64,000 nucleotides of DNA from Octopus vulgaris (lineage: Eukaryota): contig OX597827.1 of NCBI GenBank assembly GCA_951406725.2, positions 7,068,001 through 7,132,000 on the forward strand. The letters are read 5' to 3'. Below, one piece after another: positions 13,690-28,220 of the stretch. A program made the translations under genes and the position numbers. The first letter of the stretch is position 1. Each line of letters starts with the position of its first letter. The notes beneath the pieces are model-generated. The model was not told the origin of the DNA, did no database searches, and saw only the letters and a list, made by a program, of their open reading frames with translations.

Positions 13690-14030
13690 TCCCACTGCGT
13701 GGCACCTTGGGCAAGATCTTCTATAGCCTCGGGCCAACCAAAGCCTTGTGAGTGGATTTGGTAGACAGAAACTGAAAAGAAGCCCATCGTATATATGTAT
13801 ATATATATGTGTATATGTGTGCGTGAGTGTTTGTGTGTCTGTATTTGTCCTCCCAACATCGCTTGACAACCAATGCTGGTGTGTTTACATCCCCATAACT
13901 TAGCGGTTTGGCAAAAGAGACTGATAGAATAAGTACTAGGCTTACAAAGAATAAATCCTGGGTTCGATTTGCTCGACTAAAGGTGGTGCTCCAGCATGGC
14001 CGCAGTCATATGACCGAAACAAGTAAAAGA
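13690..14030 (+). mobile_element. 5'-truncated SINE family A in the last intron of gene 2
   Basis: Matches 525-946 body; same position in units 3-5. Confidence 0.8.
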
Positions 14031-14562
14031 TTATATATGTACAAGCTATACAAAGACAAAATTTGCTTTCACTTTTATGGTGAAGGCTCTAGCATGGCCG
14101 TGTGATGAAGAATTTCACTTCTCAACCACATGATTATAGGTTTAGTCCTCTACTGCTGTCTCAGACAAGTCAAATTCTTTTGAACGATAATACAAACAGA
14201 TAAAAGGGTGGAATACAGTCAATTTTCTGATAGTATTTATCATTCAAAAGTAATAATTGTGTGTTTGTCTCCTGACGTTGATAGTTGTCAGCAAGCATTG
14301 GCATCACACATGCTGTAGCATTCATTTCTAAGTTTTCATGAAAGCATGTCCAGCAAATGGAAAAATATTACCTTGCTTGGAAACAGTTGGGGGCAGGTGA
14401 CAAGAAGGCAAAAACGGTCATGAAATATCTGCCTCAAAGAATTCTATTCAACCCATGTTAGTATTCCAAAGTGGATTCAAAAGGATGATGATGATGGTAA
14501 CTAAATATAGACCAACAGATTATCATACTATATTAAAGAAATATTCATTTTTTCTAACTTAC

Positions 14563-14713
14563 CTGGCAGTTCCTCATAGTGACCAGCACTGCCGACACTC
14601 CATCCATGACCCCTATCAGTGCGAGATGACAACGTTGACATCTCATTGAATTGGTCAGTACTGTTTAGTTCCCTGTAACCAGGAGACATACTTTCTTCTC
14701 TTGGAACAAACAT
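14563..14713 (-). CDS. PCDH: Protocadherin gene 2, cytoplasmic exon 2
   Basis: 151 nt, AG/GTAAGT boundaries, MFVPREE...TDRGHGWS...HYEELP. Confidence 0.9.
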
Positions 14714-15101
14714 CTAAATAGAAATATATAGATTCAATGTATCATCATAATGTTAAGGGAATTCCAAAAATATATATGCGTAGAGAAACATCCACCTGTC
14801 CTCCATATCTACATGCACACACATAAAAGTGCATCATAGTGTCCTCAATATTTCGAAATAGAAATACATAAAATGAAATAAGACAAAATATTGCAAGTAA
14901 TTTATGACCATATTTAGAAAGTTTTCCTTGTCAATAGGAGTTGCAGTCAAACAAGAAAGGATATAATTTGCAATAAGAGCTAGAAATAAAAGATCCATGA
15001 ATTTAAAGAAATCATATTTAATAAGAAATACCAGAACAAAATATTACTCTGCAAACAACTCGTGATCAACCATTCAAACAACTGGTAATTAACTGGCTTA
15101 C

Positions 15102-17495
15102 CTGTTGATGCGGTTCAGAGAAAGATGGGTTACCCCAGCTATCATATGATATAGTTCTGCAGTGAATATCTTCTCTGTCTACCATTGGTTGATGAGATTT
15201 CTTTACATTTCTCTCCATTGTGCACTGAACTCCAGGAGGAACACAAGTAGGATCAAATATATATTTTGATTGTACGTTTAATGCAGGTGTAACCTTGTGG
15301 TACATATCAACACTGTTGTTATGGTTGTTGTCTGTCTGCTTCAGCCTATGAACTATACAGATTGATATAGAGATCACTATGACAACTGATACGATCACAG
15401 CTGCTATAACAATAACAATCATCACATTCAATTGGAGACCATTACTTGATTCTGTTGTTGTCTTTGAAGGGGTCTTAAATATCTTTGATGTGCTGTTACT
15501 AACTGTTAGAGTCAAAGACAAAGTTGTTGTCGATGACAGAACTGGACTGCCACTGTCTTTCACACCTAATTCCAGTTCATAGTATCCAGCATCATTTTGG
15601 TAAAGTGAGCGAGAGAAAGATAAGACACCAGAGTGATGGTTCATTTGAAATAAGTGTTTCTCATTACCTCTGAGTATTTCATATGTGAGGAAGGCATTGT
15701 GTTGGCTGTCTCTGTCAGAGGCCCTAACAACTGTGATATCATGGTCAGAGTGGGGATGGTAGTGGACATTAAGACTGAAAGGGTCAACATTAGGGAAACT
15801 GAAATAGGGAGCATTATCATTTAAATCCATAACCTCAACAACAACATTTGCTCTCTTCTCCAGTGATGGTGTTCCTTTATCTTTTACTAAAACCTTAAAC
15901 TCATATAGGTTCTTTTCTTCTCTGTCTAGGGACTCAGTTGTGGAAATGAATCCCACATCAGATATCTGAAATGGTAGAATATCTTTTCCATTAGATAATA
16001 GAGAATAGGTTAATTGTCCTCCATCTCCAATATCTGGGTCTGTGGCATTGACATATCCAACAGGGAAGTCTTTGTGTTCATTTTCATAGGTGAGAAACTT
16101 AAATATGTCCTGACTAAACTGAGGTTGTACATCATTTATGTCAGTAACCAGCACAGAAAACTGTTTCTCTACTTTCAATGGAGGTAAACCATTATCTTGA
16201 CATTTAATGGTGAAATTAAAGCTCTTCTCACTCTCTCTATCTATTTCACTCTTGACAACAACTTTGTATTTCTTTCCAGATAATGAGATTAGCTGAAGGT
16301 ATCTATTTTGTAAATGACACTTCACTTGGCCATTTACTCCATTGTCATTGTCAATAACTTTGACATAAGCAACAAAACTGTGAATTTTAGTTCCTTCTGA
16401 GATGACAGCTGTGTTTCCAGTTGACTCTATAACAAATTTAAGATCAATGTTTGGTGGATTGTTGAAATAACTGATTCCATTAATAAGAACAGTGACAGGT
16501 GAAGACAATGAAGGGCTACCATTATCTCTGGCTTCAATAAATAGCTCATAAATTTTACCAAAATTAAAGTCTTTCTTCAAAAATAATTCTCCTGTTGCTT
16601 CATCTAATTGAAAGTACTCTTTTACCATTTTGGGTGTTTTAGCATTATTGAAGACATAAGAAATTCTTCCATTTTCTCCTACATCTAAATCTGTAGCAGA
16701 CAACCTTACAACAGGTTTGTTTACGTTATGTGTATCATTTATAGTGACATTGTAAATATTCTGGGAGAATACAGGGTAGTTATCGTTTTTATCTTCTACA
16801 AATATTTTTATATCCAATACACCTTCCTTTGACGGAGATCCTTCATCTTTAGCAATTAACTGAATATTGTAAGTGTCTTTTGTCTCACGGTCCAAGTTAC
16901 CTTCCAAAATTAGTTGTAATAGATCAGTTCCATCTGGTTTTTTAGAAACAAACAGCTGAAATGGTATATCCACTTTCTCTTTGAGTTGATAAGTTAGCTT
17001 AGAATTCTGAATGCTAATATCATTATCAATGGCATTTGGAAGTGTTTCTTTTCTTCCTTTTGTTGCACTTTCACCATATTTTAGAGGAAATTCTTTGTTT
17101 GGGAAACTAGGATAATTATCATTGACATCTTTTATCATAACTTTGATTTCTAATATCTTGAAGAAAGAATGGCCATGCTGAACAGCAATTTCTAACATCC
17201 TGAAACATTCCACATTATATTGACACAGAGATTCTGCATCCAATATGGCAGCTGTGTACAGCTGTCCTCCAGGTGTAACATTGAATAACTGAACACCATC
17301 AGTGCTACCCTGGAGTATTTTAAATGTCAGTTTGTCGCTGTTGTCTTGAGACTGTATATCATCCAGTAAGTGTGTATCAGTGACAATATCTCCAATAAAG
17401 CTGTGTATATCATTGTTCTCTTTCACATGGTAGGTATGATCCACGCACCAGCAGTTATGAACAAGGAACAACACCAACAATACACCTGGAAACAT
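15102..17495 (-). CDS. PCDH: Protocadherin gene 2, large coding exon; spliced product ~955 aa
   Basis: Six cadherin repeats plus TM; ATG at 17495 (ORF track starts at an upstream TTG); acceptor tttcag before 17502; donor CAG|gtaagc at 15102. Confidence 0.97.
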
Positions 17496-18098
17496 TTTCA
17501 ATCTGAAATAGAATTTTGTATTGATATTAATTATTCAAGTTTTAATACTACAGAGAAATTCTAATTAGAAATTTTGTTACATAAACTTAATGTTTACACT
17601 CATTTTGATTTGTAGATTTTTAAGAAATTTGAAAGTGTGTATAGAAATGTTCTCTTTTATTTGTTAGATATAATTGATGCATATTTAGTTGTTATACACC
17701 AAAACCAAGAAATAACCCATTGATATTGCAGAGGACAGGTGTAAATTGTTCTCTGTTTTTCTTTTCTATACGACTTTACCTATGATAAAACAAGAGGTAT
17801 TTCATCACCGTTGCCCTCTTGTTAACAGCTTTATCAATTTACTTATACAAACTTACATATTCTACACATGCTTGGTAACTCAGTTAAATAAATTATTGAA
17901 GCATTACCAATTTTTGCTGTATCTGCTATAATATACAACTGAGTTCAAGTTGGTGTTTGAACTGGCATTGCATGTGTGAACTAAACGAAAGTAAAACATG
18001 TGGTACAGCTGTGAACATGTGTCTTTGTTTATAAACCACATGTATGTCAAATTGGCTGCTGATGAAATTGTAATGATGACTAAAACCACAATCCAAGT

Positions 18099-18294
18099 GT
18101 GACTGCGTGTGTACCATTGGCGATTTTTTTTCCTCTGTCTTCCCTTCTCTGGATCTTTCCTTCTATGCTTCCGACGAAGAGCTCCGCTCGAAACGTTAAA
18201 CCCTCCTTCTTTCCTGAGCGTCCAATAAAACTATATTTGTTCCACGTCCTTGCGTTTTGGTGTTTTTTTGTGCTTTCGTGTTTGGATTAACTTT
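18099..18294 (+). mobile_element. 196-bp insertion with a degenerate minimal hammerhead-like motif (probable Penelope-like pLTR fragment)
   Basis: Absent at homologous empty sites (~27338, ~36312); contains CCGACGA-A-GAGC-tcc-GCTC-GAAA-CGT-TA at 18171-18198. Confidence 0.6.
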
Positions 18295-18857
18295 AATTTC
18301 TCTTATCTTTGCATTTGGTAAAGTAAACAAAGAGCTCTATCTAAAATTGTGAAGATACAGTGCTGGCTAAAATCTATAGATTTTTTTTTGGTGTTGTATA
18401 ATGTAGCATTAAATATATAAGATATAAATGATAATGCATGCACACACACACACACACACACATATATAGGAATGAGTTTGTGGGTATGTGTGGGTGTCTA
18501 TATGCACGTGCATGCACATCATGTAAAGTGTTGTGACCATATTGCCTTAATAAAGAAAATTATAAGCGTGGTATATCAAGAAATTAACCTGACACTGAAT
18601 TTATATAGAGAGCAGATTTAATATTTTTTTGTAATGTCTTCTTTCAGGTTGATATGGCTGTTTTGTCTGAGTTATATTCTTTCCTTTTTACAAGTTACAG
18701 TAATTGTATTGTAGTCAAGAATATTTCTTAGGCTATATTGATCCTGATATTTGAGCAACTTCACAAGACACAAAAAGTAGTCTGAGGTTCAAAAGGAAAT
18801 AAATGAAGTGGAACAAAATACCACCAACATACATATTGGTGTGAAATGGATGGATAG

Positions 18858-19162
18858 TGGAGGCACATGGCCTAGTGGTTAGAGCAGCGGACTTGCGGTT
18901 GAGGGATCATGGGTTCGAATCTCAGACCGGGCAATGAATGTGTTTATGAGCGGAACACCTAAGCTCCACGTGGTTCTGGCAGAAGGTAATGTCAAAACTT
19001 CTGCTGACTCTTTCACCACAGCTTCCTCTCACTCTTTCCTCCTGCATCTTGCAGCTTGCCTGCGGCGGACTGGCGTCCCATCCATGTCGGGAACCTATAT
19101 GCCAAGGAAACCAGGAAACCGGCCCTTATGAGCCAGGCATGGCTCGAGAAGGAGCAAAAAAA
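18858..19162 (+). mobile_element. tRNA-derived SINE, family B
   Basis: A-box tggcctagtggtt, B-box ggttcgaatctc, A-rich tail; copies at 27918, 36894 and 62401-63035. Confidence 0.85.
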
Positions 19163-20373
19163 TTTTTTTAATTAGTTCCAAGAGGCTGCTGAGTCTCCAT
19201 CGATCAAATTTTTTTAACAAGGCTATGGACAACACCCATCTATGACACAAGACTGTTGCCCATGTTTTCTGACTGTCTTATTCAACATATTTGACCAAGA
19301 ACCATGTTCGCCTGAAAAATAATTATTGATGACACAGCCATGTCCGAGTCCAATATATTGATCCCTGAGTGACTTCTCACTATGAAAATATCTTACCAAA
19401 CGATTCCCATTCCCCAGAATATCCATCATTCCATTGTTTCCCTATCTTCCCTACACCAATTCAGTCATAACTGAATACAGGAATGTCTCTGTGTGACATC
19501 CTTGGTGACAAAGTCTCATCTTTAAAATGACAATTTCATATACACTTGTTCTGAAGATATAATGCCATTGCATCAACTCTCCTGATATTACATATCTGAA
19601 CACAAATCTAAAAGAGACATTAAGAATGGCAACTAATTGATGTGTAACACCAGACAAACACTGACCAAATGAAAGGTAATCAACCTAAGAACTTCACGTT
19701 CTTTTAAAAGTATTCCATGCCAGCATGGAAAGTAGACGTTCAATGCTGCTGATGATTTCTTGAATACCATAAGATGCAGTATTTCTAATCTGAAGCGTGT
19801 GATTTTGGTAGATATCTGGCTGCTATTTCTAGCAAGTCCAAGAATTCATTAAGGGTATTAATTTATTAAGAGTAACCTCCCTTACTTTCAAAACTACTTC
19901 ATGGTCCAATTTCTCAGATGTTGAATTTAATAATCTTGTGAAAACAAGTTAGTCAAATATTTTACAATGTAAACTAAATACTTGATAAACTATTCAACTA
20001 ACATTACCTAAAACAATTCTCATCAATACATCCTGTCTATTACATCCAAATCTATCAACTAATCCTATGCTAGATGGTTAAACTGACAGTATTGTAAAAA
20101 AGAGAGAGAAAACAATATATATTTTTTTAAAGAATGTAAATATTAAAATAATTCTAAACTCTGTTTGTGTTTTGCTGAAACCTTTATCTCAAGTATTTAT
20201 TGAAGATATATATAAAATGTCTATAGAAAATGACATTGCTGTACAGGAAGTAATTAAGAATCTGATTTTGCTATGGGTGTAGTTTTAGCAAGATGGTAGT
20301 CAATGGGAAGTGAAATGACCAAACACCAACAGAAACAATTTATACAGCAGAATAACTTTTAATAAGTACTTAC

Positions 20374-20662
20374 CAACAGTTGTCAGTCGTTTATACACTT
20401 GTTACTGTATTGTTTCAGTGTTCTGGTAACAAAGTTATAGTACTAGCAGAAGTTCTGAGTAGTTTGGTATGTGACAGTGTTATGTAGTACTATCAAGTTG
20501 GTTGTGTAGTATGTAATGTGTGTTGTAGCCAATGACAAGCTGTCTATTATTCCAATGCAAGGAAACGGAAATACAGCCTCCAGTTCTTGCAGTAAATGAT
20601 GGGCTGACTCACAAAATATTTCACTTAGGCACACTAATGTATGGATACATACATATACATGT
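20374..20662 (-). promoter_or_regulatory. Promoter block and non-coding first exon of gene 2
   Basis: Core 20558-20625; donor at 20374. Confidence 0.75.
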
Positions 20663-22164
20663 GTGTGGTGAGAAGAAACCCAGATAAATGGATGGAAATA
20701 TTAATAAGGTTTAAAGCAATGAAAACTAAAAATATCATATTTTAAAAATATATTATATTTTAATTTTAATGCATAAAAGTTATTTTCTAACTTCAGTCAA
20801 AGTTGCAAAACTTTTTATCTTATATTTCCTTCTGGTTTTATAAAATTGTTTGCTTGAAACATCCTTAATAAATGTTATTAAATAATATTTTTAGAAGTTA
20901 ATTTCATTAAATAATTGATGAGCTCATTTGAAAATACGAAATTATGGCTCCAAATAATTGTGTTGAATAATGATTGCAATAAGGTTTGTTCTTACAAGTG
21001 TTCCTATTACAGAACTAATCCTTTTAAAATGGAAATAAAAGTTTGTAAATTTCACAATTGAAACTTAACATAAATATTTATTAAAATTGAAGCCTATCCA
21101 TTAAATGGAATTCCTTTCTGATATATATATATATATATATATATAATGTATCTAATTTTTTTTTGTTTGTTTCCTTTTTTTTTTGCCCACCTTTTTGGAA
21201 AGCTAATCAATAATGCTTATTTTTTATATTGCTATGAAATGGTAATCTAATGCTGTTAACTATTGAAATTATGCAATCTTCAAAAGATTTCATAAGAAAA
21301 TTTCTAGAAACTATAATGGAGAATTGTGTTATATATTTTTGTATGGCTTCCCTATGCATATACATCCAGATATCTTCAATATATATATATATATATATAT
21401 ATGCTAGTGGATGTTAAATGATGACGATAATGATATATATATCCTGATAGTTTCAGTAATATACATGGTTATAAGTTTCTCAGTAAAAACTTTGGTAGAT
21501 ATCAACTGGTAGTTTGTGAGAATATTTCGTTCTTAACTGTACCAGTCATTCAAAATATTTTGATAATTCTGTCATATATTCTTTTGATGATTTCGTGGTG
21601 TAAATATATTTACTTTGATTAAAGACTAAATAAGAAAAAAATTATCTATTTTGGTGAAAATTTATCATAAATTTATAACTTTAAGAAATTTTATGACAAT
21701 GTTATATAATCTCTTGATCAAATATTAATATTCTTTTCTGCTCTAGGCACAAGGCCCGAAATTTTGGGGGAGGGGGCCAGTCGATTAGATCGATCCCAGT
21801 CAATTTATCAACCCCAAAAGGATGAAAGGCAAAGTACACTTCAGTGGAATTTGAAATCAGAACGTCAAGACAGACGAATTGCTACAAAGCAATAACAATT
21901 ACTTTCCATACTTTCATTTAGATATTTGTAGCAATAGACAAGCTCTACTTTTATATAAGATTAAATCGTTTTTGGTATTGTCTCTAGTAAGAGGAAGTAA
22001 AATTATGTAAGCTGCTAAAGAAGACTGGCAAATAATTGGCAAAGTCCTCTGTGGTAGAATATGATTTGAAATTAGTAGACAAATATAAAATACGGTCAGG
22101 AATTTTAGGCAGTCCTTGTTCTAGTTCTGCTGCGACCTGTCATTGGTTTCTAAATAGTACAGCA

Positions 22165-22487
22165 TTAGTTTTGTGGTGTTGATAGAGGTGGTACCTGAGG
22201 TATTGAAGGTACCTTTGGTAATGTTGTTACTTTAGGTACAGCTGGCAGAAGTGGTTTACAGTTTGAAATAAAGGCACTTGTCATTGGCACCGTCGATGAT
22301 GGTTCAGTTGTATTAGATGTGGTCCCAGCTGTAGTCAAAGGTATTTGGTCGAGATGATAAGAAGGGTTCTTGTCAACATTTGGTTGGTAGGGATATCCGT
22401 TGTTGTTATCTCCCCTTGATCTGTCGAGAGTGTGTTGAGGGTGATTCCTTCTATTCCATGTATGATCACTTTGATAACGACATAGAT
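22165..22487 (-). CDS. PCDH: Protocadherin gene 3, terminal coding exon
   Basis: 323 nt, same acceptor, frame and stop position as gene 2. Confidence 0.85.
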
Positions 22488-22949
22488 CTGGAAGTATATC
22501 GATTTATTGGCTGTTTTTTTTTCAGGCATAATGAATAAAAACAAACTGTTTTAAACAGGTTTATAGCAAGGAAAAATCAAAGCATTATATTTTAACAAAA
22601 ATTAGTATATTTTAACAAAAAAAAAAGCTATGCCCCAGCTATTCTGTCTAGAGTGAACACCATGCTCTGTGATATCTTGGGATTCAAGGGTCCACAGCTA
22701 TTTAATGTCTCGTCCAAACATCTCAGGGATCTTCATGGAGTGGAGTAGATGTTTTCAAGGAATAACTTGACCTCTTGCTATCCACTGTCCCAGATGAAAC
22801 TGTATTACAGCAGGAAACTCAATAGAGAGCAACAGTGTTGGACTCTTTCCATCACTAAAAGCAAATCATGTAAGATTGGCCATTGAAAACATGATTTCCG
22901 CCTTAGCACAGAATCGTATAAATAAATAAATAAAGTCCCGTTCAGGTGC

Positions 22950-23273
22950 CAATCCCGCTGCATGACACCTTGGGCAAGTGTCTTCTATAGTCTCAGGCCA
23001 ACCAAAGCCTTGTGAGTGGATTTGGTAGACGGAAACTGAAAAGAAGCCCGTCATATATATGTATATGTATATATGTGTGTGTGTGTTTGTCCCCCCAACA
23101 TCGCTTGACAACCGATGCTGGTGTGTTTACATCCCCGTAACTTAGCGGTTCGGCAAAAGACACTGATAGAATAAGTACTAGGATTACAAAGAATAAATCC
23201 TGGGTTCGATTTGCTCGACTAAAGGCGGTGCTCCAGCGTGGCCACAGTCATATGACTGAAACAAGTAAAAGAG
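22950..23273 (+). mobile_element. 5'-truncated SINE family A in the last intron of gene 3
   Basis: Paralogous to 13690-14030. Confidence 0.8.
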
Positions 23274-23803
23274 TATATGTACAAGCTATACAAAGACAAA
23301 ATTTGCCTTCACTTTTATGGTGAAGGCTCTAGCATGGCCGTGTGATGAAGAATTTCACTTCTCAACCACATGATTATAGGTTTAGTCCTCTGCTGCTGTC
23401 TCAGACAAGTCAAATTCTTTTGAACGATAATACAAACAGATAAAAGGGTGGAATACAGTCAATTGTCTGATAGTATTTATCATTCAAAAGTAATAATTGT
23501 GTGTTTGTCTCCTGACTTTGATGGTTGTCAGCAAGCATTGGCATCACACATGCTGTAGAATTCATTTCTAAGTTTTCATGAAAGCATGTCCAGCAAATGG
23601 GAAAATATTACCTTGCTTGGAAACAGTTGGGGGCTGGTGACAAGAAGGCAAAAAACGGTCATGAAATATCTGCCTCAAAGAATTCTATTCAACCCATGTC
23701 AGTATTCCAAAGTGGATTAAAAAGGATGATGGTGATGGTAACTAAATATAGACCAACAGATTATCATACTATATTGAAGAAATATTCATTTTTTCTAACT
23801 TAC

Positions 23804-23954
23804 CTGGCAGTTCCTCATAGTGCCCAGCACTACCGACACTCCATCCATGACCCCTATCAGTGCGAGATGACAATGTTGACATCTCACTGAATTGGTCAGA
23901 ACTGTTTAGTTCTCTGTAACCAGGAGACATACTTTCTTCTCTTGGAACAAATAT
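23804..23954 (-). CDS. PCDH: Protocadherin gene 3, cytoplasmic exon 2
   Basis: 151 nt, AG/GTAAGT boundaries, IFVPREE...HYEELP open. Confidence 0.9.
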
Positions 23955-24334
23955 CTAAATACAAATATATAGATTCAATGTATCATCATAATGTTAAGGG
24001 CATTCCAAAAATATATATGCGTAGAAATACATCCACCTGTCCTCCGTATCTACATACAGACGCAAAAAAGTGCATCATAGTGTCCTCAATATTTCGAAAT
24101 AGAAATACATAAAATTGAAATAAGACAAAGTAAGTTATGACCATACTTAGAAAGTTTTCCTTGTCAATAGGAGTTGCAGTCAAACAAGGAAGGATATAAT
24201 TTGCAATAAGAGCTAGAAATAAAAGATCCATGAATTCAAAGAAATCATATTTAATAAGAAATACCAGAACAAAATATTACTCTGCAAACAACTAGTGATC
24301 AACTATTCGAACAACTGGTAATTAACTGCCTTAC

Positions 24335-26731
24335 CTGTTGATGTTGTTCAGTGAAAGATGGGTTACCCCAGCTATCATATGATATAGTTCTGCAGTGAAT
24401 ATCTTCTCTGTCTACCATTGGTTGATGAGATTTCTTCAGATTTCTCTCCAATGTGTACTGAACTCCAGGAGGAACACAAGTAGGATCAAATATATATTTC
24501 GGTTGGATGTTTAATGCAGGTGTAACCTTGTGGTACATATCAACACTGTTGTTATAGTTGCTGTCTGTCTGCTTCAGTCTATGAACTATACAGATTGATA
24601 TAGAGATCACCATGACAACTGATACGATCACAGCTGCTATAACAATAACAATCATCACATTCAATTGGAGACCATTACTTGATTCTGTTGTTGTCTTTGA
24701 AGGGGTCTTAAATATCTTTGATGTGCTGTTACTAACTGTTAGAGTCAAAGACAAAGTTGTTGTCGATGACAGAACTGGACTGCCACTGTCTTTCACACCT
24801 AATTCCAGTTCATAGAATCCAGCATCATTTTGGTAAAGTGAGCGAGAGAAAGATAAGACACCAGAGTGATGGTTCATTTGAAATAAGTGTTTCTCATTAC
24901 CTCTGAGTATTTCATATGTGAGGAAGGCATTGTGTTGACTGTCTCTGTCAGAGGCCCTAACAACTGTGATATCGTGGTCAGAGTGGGGATGGTAGTGGAC
25001 ATTAAGACTGAAAGGGTCAACATTAGGGAAACTGAAATAGGGAGCATTATCATTTAAATCCATAACCTCAACAACAACATTTGCTCTCTTCTCCAGCGAT
25101 GGTGTTCCTTTATCTTTTACTAAAACCTTAAACTCATACAGGTTCTTTTCTTCTCTGTCTAGGGACTCAGTTGTGGAAATGAATCCCACATCAGATATCT
25201 GAAATGGTAGAATATCTTTTCCATTAGATAATAGAGAATAGGTTAATTGTCCTCCATCTCCAATATCTGGGTCTGTGGCATTGACATATCCAACAGGGAA
25301 GTCTTTGTGTTCATTTTCATAGGTGAGAAACTTAAATATGTCCTGACTAAACTGAGGTTGTACATCATTTATGTCAGTGACCAACATAGAAAACTGTTTC
25401 TCTACTTTCAATGGAGGTAAACCATTATCCTGACATTTAATGGTAAAATTAAAGCTCTTCTCTCTCTCTCTATCTATTTCACTCTTGACAACAACTTTGT
25501 ATTTTTTTCCAGATAATGAGATTAACTGAAGATATCTGTTTTGTAAATGACATTTCACTTGTCCATTTACTCCACTGTCATTGTCAATAACATTGACAAA
25601 AGCAACAAAGCTGTGAATTTGTGTTCCTTCTGAGATGACAGCTGTGTTTCCAGTTGACTCTATAACAAATTTAAGATCAATGTTTGGTGGATTGTTGAAA
25701 TAACTGATTCCATTAATAAGAACAGTGACAAGTGAAGACAATGAAGGGCTACCATTATCTCTGGCTTCAATAAATAGCTCATAAATTTTACCAAAATTAA
25801 AGTCTTTCTTCAAAAATACTTCTCCTGTTGCTTCATCTAATTGAAAGTACTCTTTTACCATTTTGGGTGTTTTAGCATTATTGAAGACATAAGAAATTCT
25901 TCCATTTTCTCCTACATCTAAATCTGTAGCAGACAACCTTACAACAGGTTTGTTTACCTCGTGTGTATCATTTATAGTGACATTGTAAAAATTCTGGGAG
26001 AATACAGGGTAATTATCGTTTTTATCTTCTACAAATATTTTTATATCCAGTACACCTTCCTTTGGTGGAGATCCTTCATCTGTAGCAATTAACCGAATAT
26101 TGTAAATGTCTTTTGTCTCACGGTCTAAGTTACCTTCCAAAATTAGTTGTAATAGATCTGTTCCATCTGGTTTTTTAGAAACAAACAGCTGAAATGGTAT
26201 ATCCACTTTCTCTTTGAGTTGGTAAGTTAGCTTAGAATTCTGAATGCTAATATCATTATCAATGGCATTTGGAAGTGTTTCTTTTGTTCCTTTTAATGCA
26301 CTTTCATCATATTTTAAATGAAATTCTTTGTTTGGGAAAATTGGAGAATTATCATTGACATCTTCTATCATAACTTTGATTTCTAATAACTTGAAGAAAG
26401 AATGGCCATGCTGAACAGCAATTTCTAACATCCTGAAACATTCCACATTATATTGGCACAAAATTTCTGCATCCAATATGGCAGCTGTGTACAGTTTCCC
26501 TCCAGGTGTAACATTAAACAACTGAACACTTCCATCGGTATTACCCTGGAGTATTTTAAATGTCAGTTTGCTGCTCTCAACCTTAGACTGTATATTATCC
26601 AATAGGTGTGTATCAGTGACAATATCTCCAATAAAGCTGTGTATATCATTGTTCTCTTTCACATAGTAGGTATGATCCACACACCAGCAGTTATGAACAA
26701 GGAACAACACCAACAATACACCTGGAAACAT
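24335..26731 (-). CDS. PCDH: Protocadherin gene 3, large coding exon; spliced product ~956 aa
   Basis: Six cadherin repeats plus TM; ATG 26731; acceptor before 26738; donor CAG|gtaagg at 24335. Confidence 0.97.
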
Positions 26732-27917
26732 TTTCAATCTGAAATAGAATTTTGTATTGATATTAATTAATCAGGTTTTAATACTACAGAGAAATTCTAA
26801 CTAGAAATTTTACTACATGAACTTTATCTTTACATTCATTTTGGATTTGTAGATTTTTAAGAAACTTGAAAGTGTGTATAGAAATGTTCTCTTTAATTTT
26901 TTGGATATAATTGATGCATATTTAGTTGTTATACACCCAAACCAAGAAATAACCCATTGATATTGCAGAGGACAGGTGTAAATTGTTCTCTGGTTTATTT
27001 TTTCTCTACGACTTCACCTAATATAAAAGAAGAGGTATTTCATCACCATTGCCCTCTAAAGTTAACAGCTTTATCAATTTACTTATACAAACTTTCATAT
27101 TCTACACATGCTTGGTAACTCAGTTAAATAAATTATTGAAGCATTACCAATTTTTGCTGTATATGCAATAATATACAACTGAGTTCAAGTTGAAGTTTGA
27201 ACTGGCATTGCATGTCTGAACTAAATGAATGTAAACATGTGGGACAGCTGTGAACATGTGTCTTTGTTTATAAACCACATGTATGTCAAATTGGTTGCTG
27301 GTGAAATTGTAATGATGACTAAAACCACAATCCAAGTAATTTCTCTTATTTTTGCATTTGGTAAAGTAAACCAAGAGCTCTATCTAAAATTGTGAAGATA
27401 CAGTGCTGGCTAAAATCTATAGATTTTTTTTTTTGTGTTGTATACTTATAGAGTAGCATTAAATATTTAAGATATAAATGATAATGCATGCACACACACA
27501 CACACACATACATGTATAGGAATGAGTTTGTGGATATGTGTGTGTGTCTATATGCACATGCACATCATGTAAAGTGTTGTGACCATATTGCCTTAATAAA
27601 AAAAAATATAAGCGTGGTATATCAAGAAACTTAAGAAATTATTAACCTGACATTGATTTTATAGACAGAGCAGACTTATTATTTTTTTATTGTAATGTCT
27701 TCTTTCAGGTTGATATGGCTGTTTTGTCTGAGTTATATTCTTTCCTTTTTACAAGTTACAGTAATTGTATTGTAGTCAAGGATATTTCTTAGGCTATATT
27801 GATCCTGGTATTTGAGCAACTTCACAAGACACAAAAAGTAGTCCGAGGCTCAAAAGGAAATAAATGAAGTGGAACAAAATACCACCAACATACATATTGG
27901 GGTGAAATAGATGGATA

Positions 27918-28220
27918 GTGGAGGCACATGGCCTAGTGGTTAGAGCAGTGGACTTGCTGTTGAGGGATCGTGGGTTCGAATTTCCGACCGGGCGATGAGT
28001 GTGTTTATGAGCGGAACACCTAAGCTCCACGTGGCTCCAGCAGAAGGTAATGGCGAAACTTCTGCTGACTCTTTCGCTCACTCTTTCCTCCTGCATCTTG
28101 CAGCTCACCTGCGACGGACTGGCGTCCCGTCCAGGTGGGGAACCTATATGCCATGGAAACCAGGAAACCGGCCCTTATGAGCCAGGCATGGCTCAACAAG
28201 GAGTGAGCAAAAAAAAAAAG
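27918..28220 (+). mobile_element. SINE family B, intron 1 of gene 3
   Basis: Paralogous to 18858-19162. Confidence 0.85.

Noticed and set aside
18858-18935. tRNA-like heads of SINE families
   Set aside because: Continue into SINE bodies and lack complete cloverleaves; not tRNA genes
19180-19345. Conserved intronic block in units 2-4, partly in unit 5
   Set aside because: Aligns loosely with SINE family A in reverse; an old insertion predating duplication
23597-23890. 97-aa plus-strand ORF (also 32563-32856)
   Set aside because: Decayed SINE plus antisense of exon 2; disrupted in units 2 and 5
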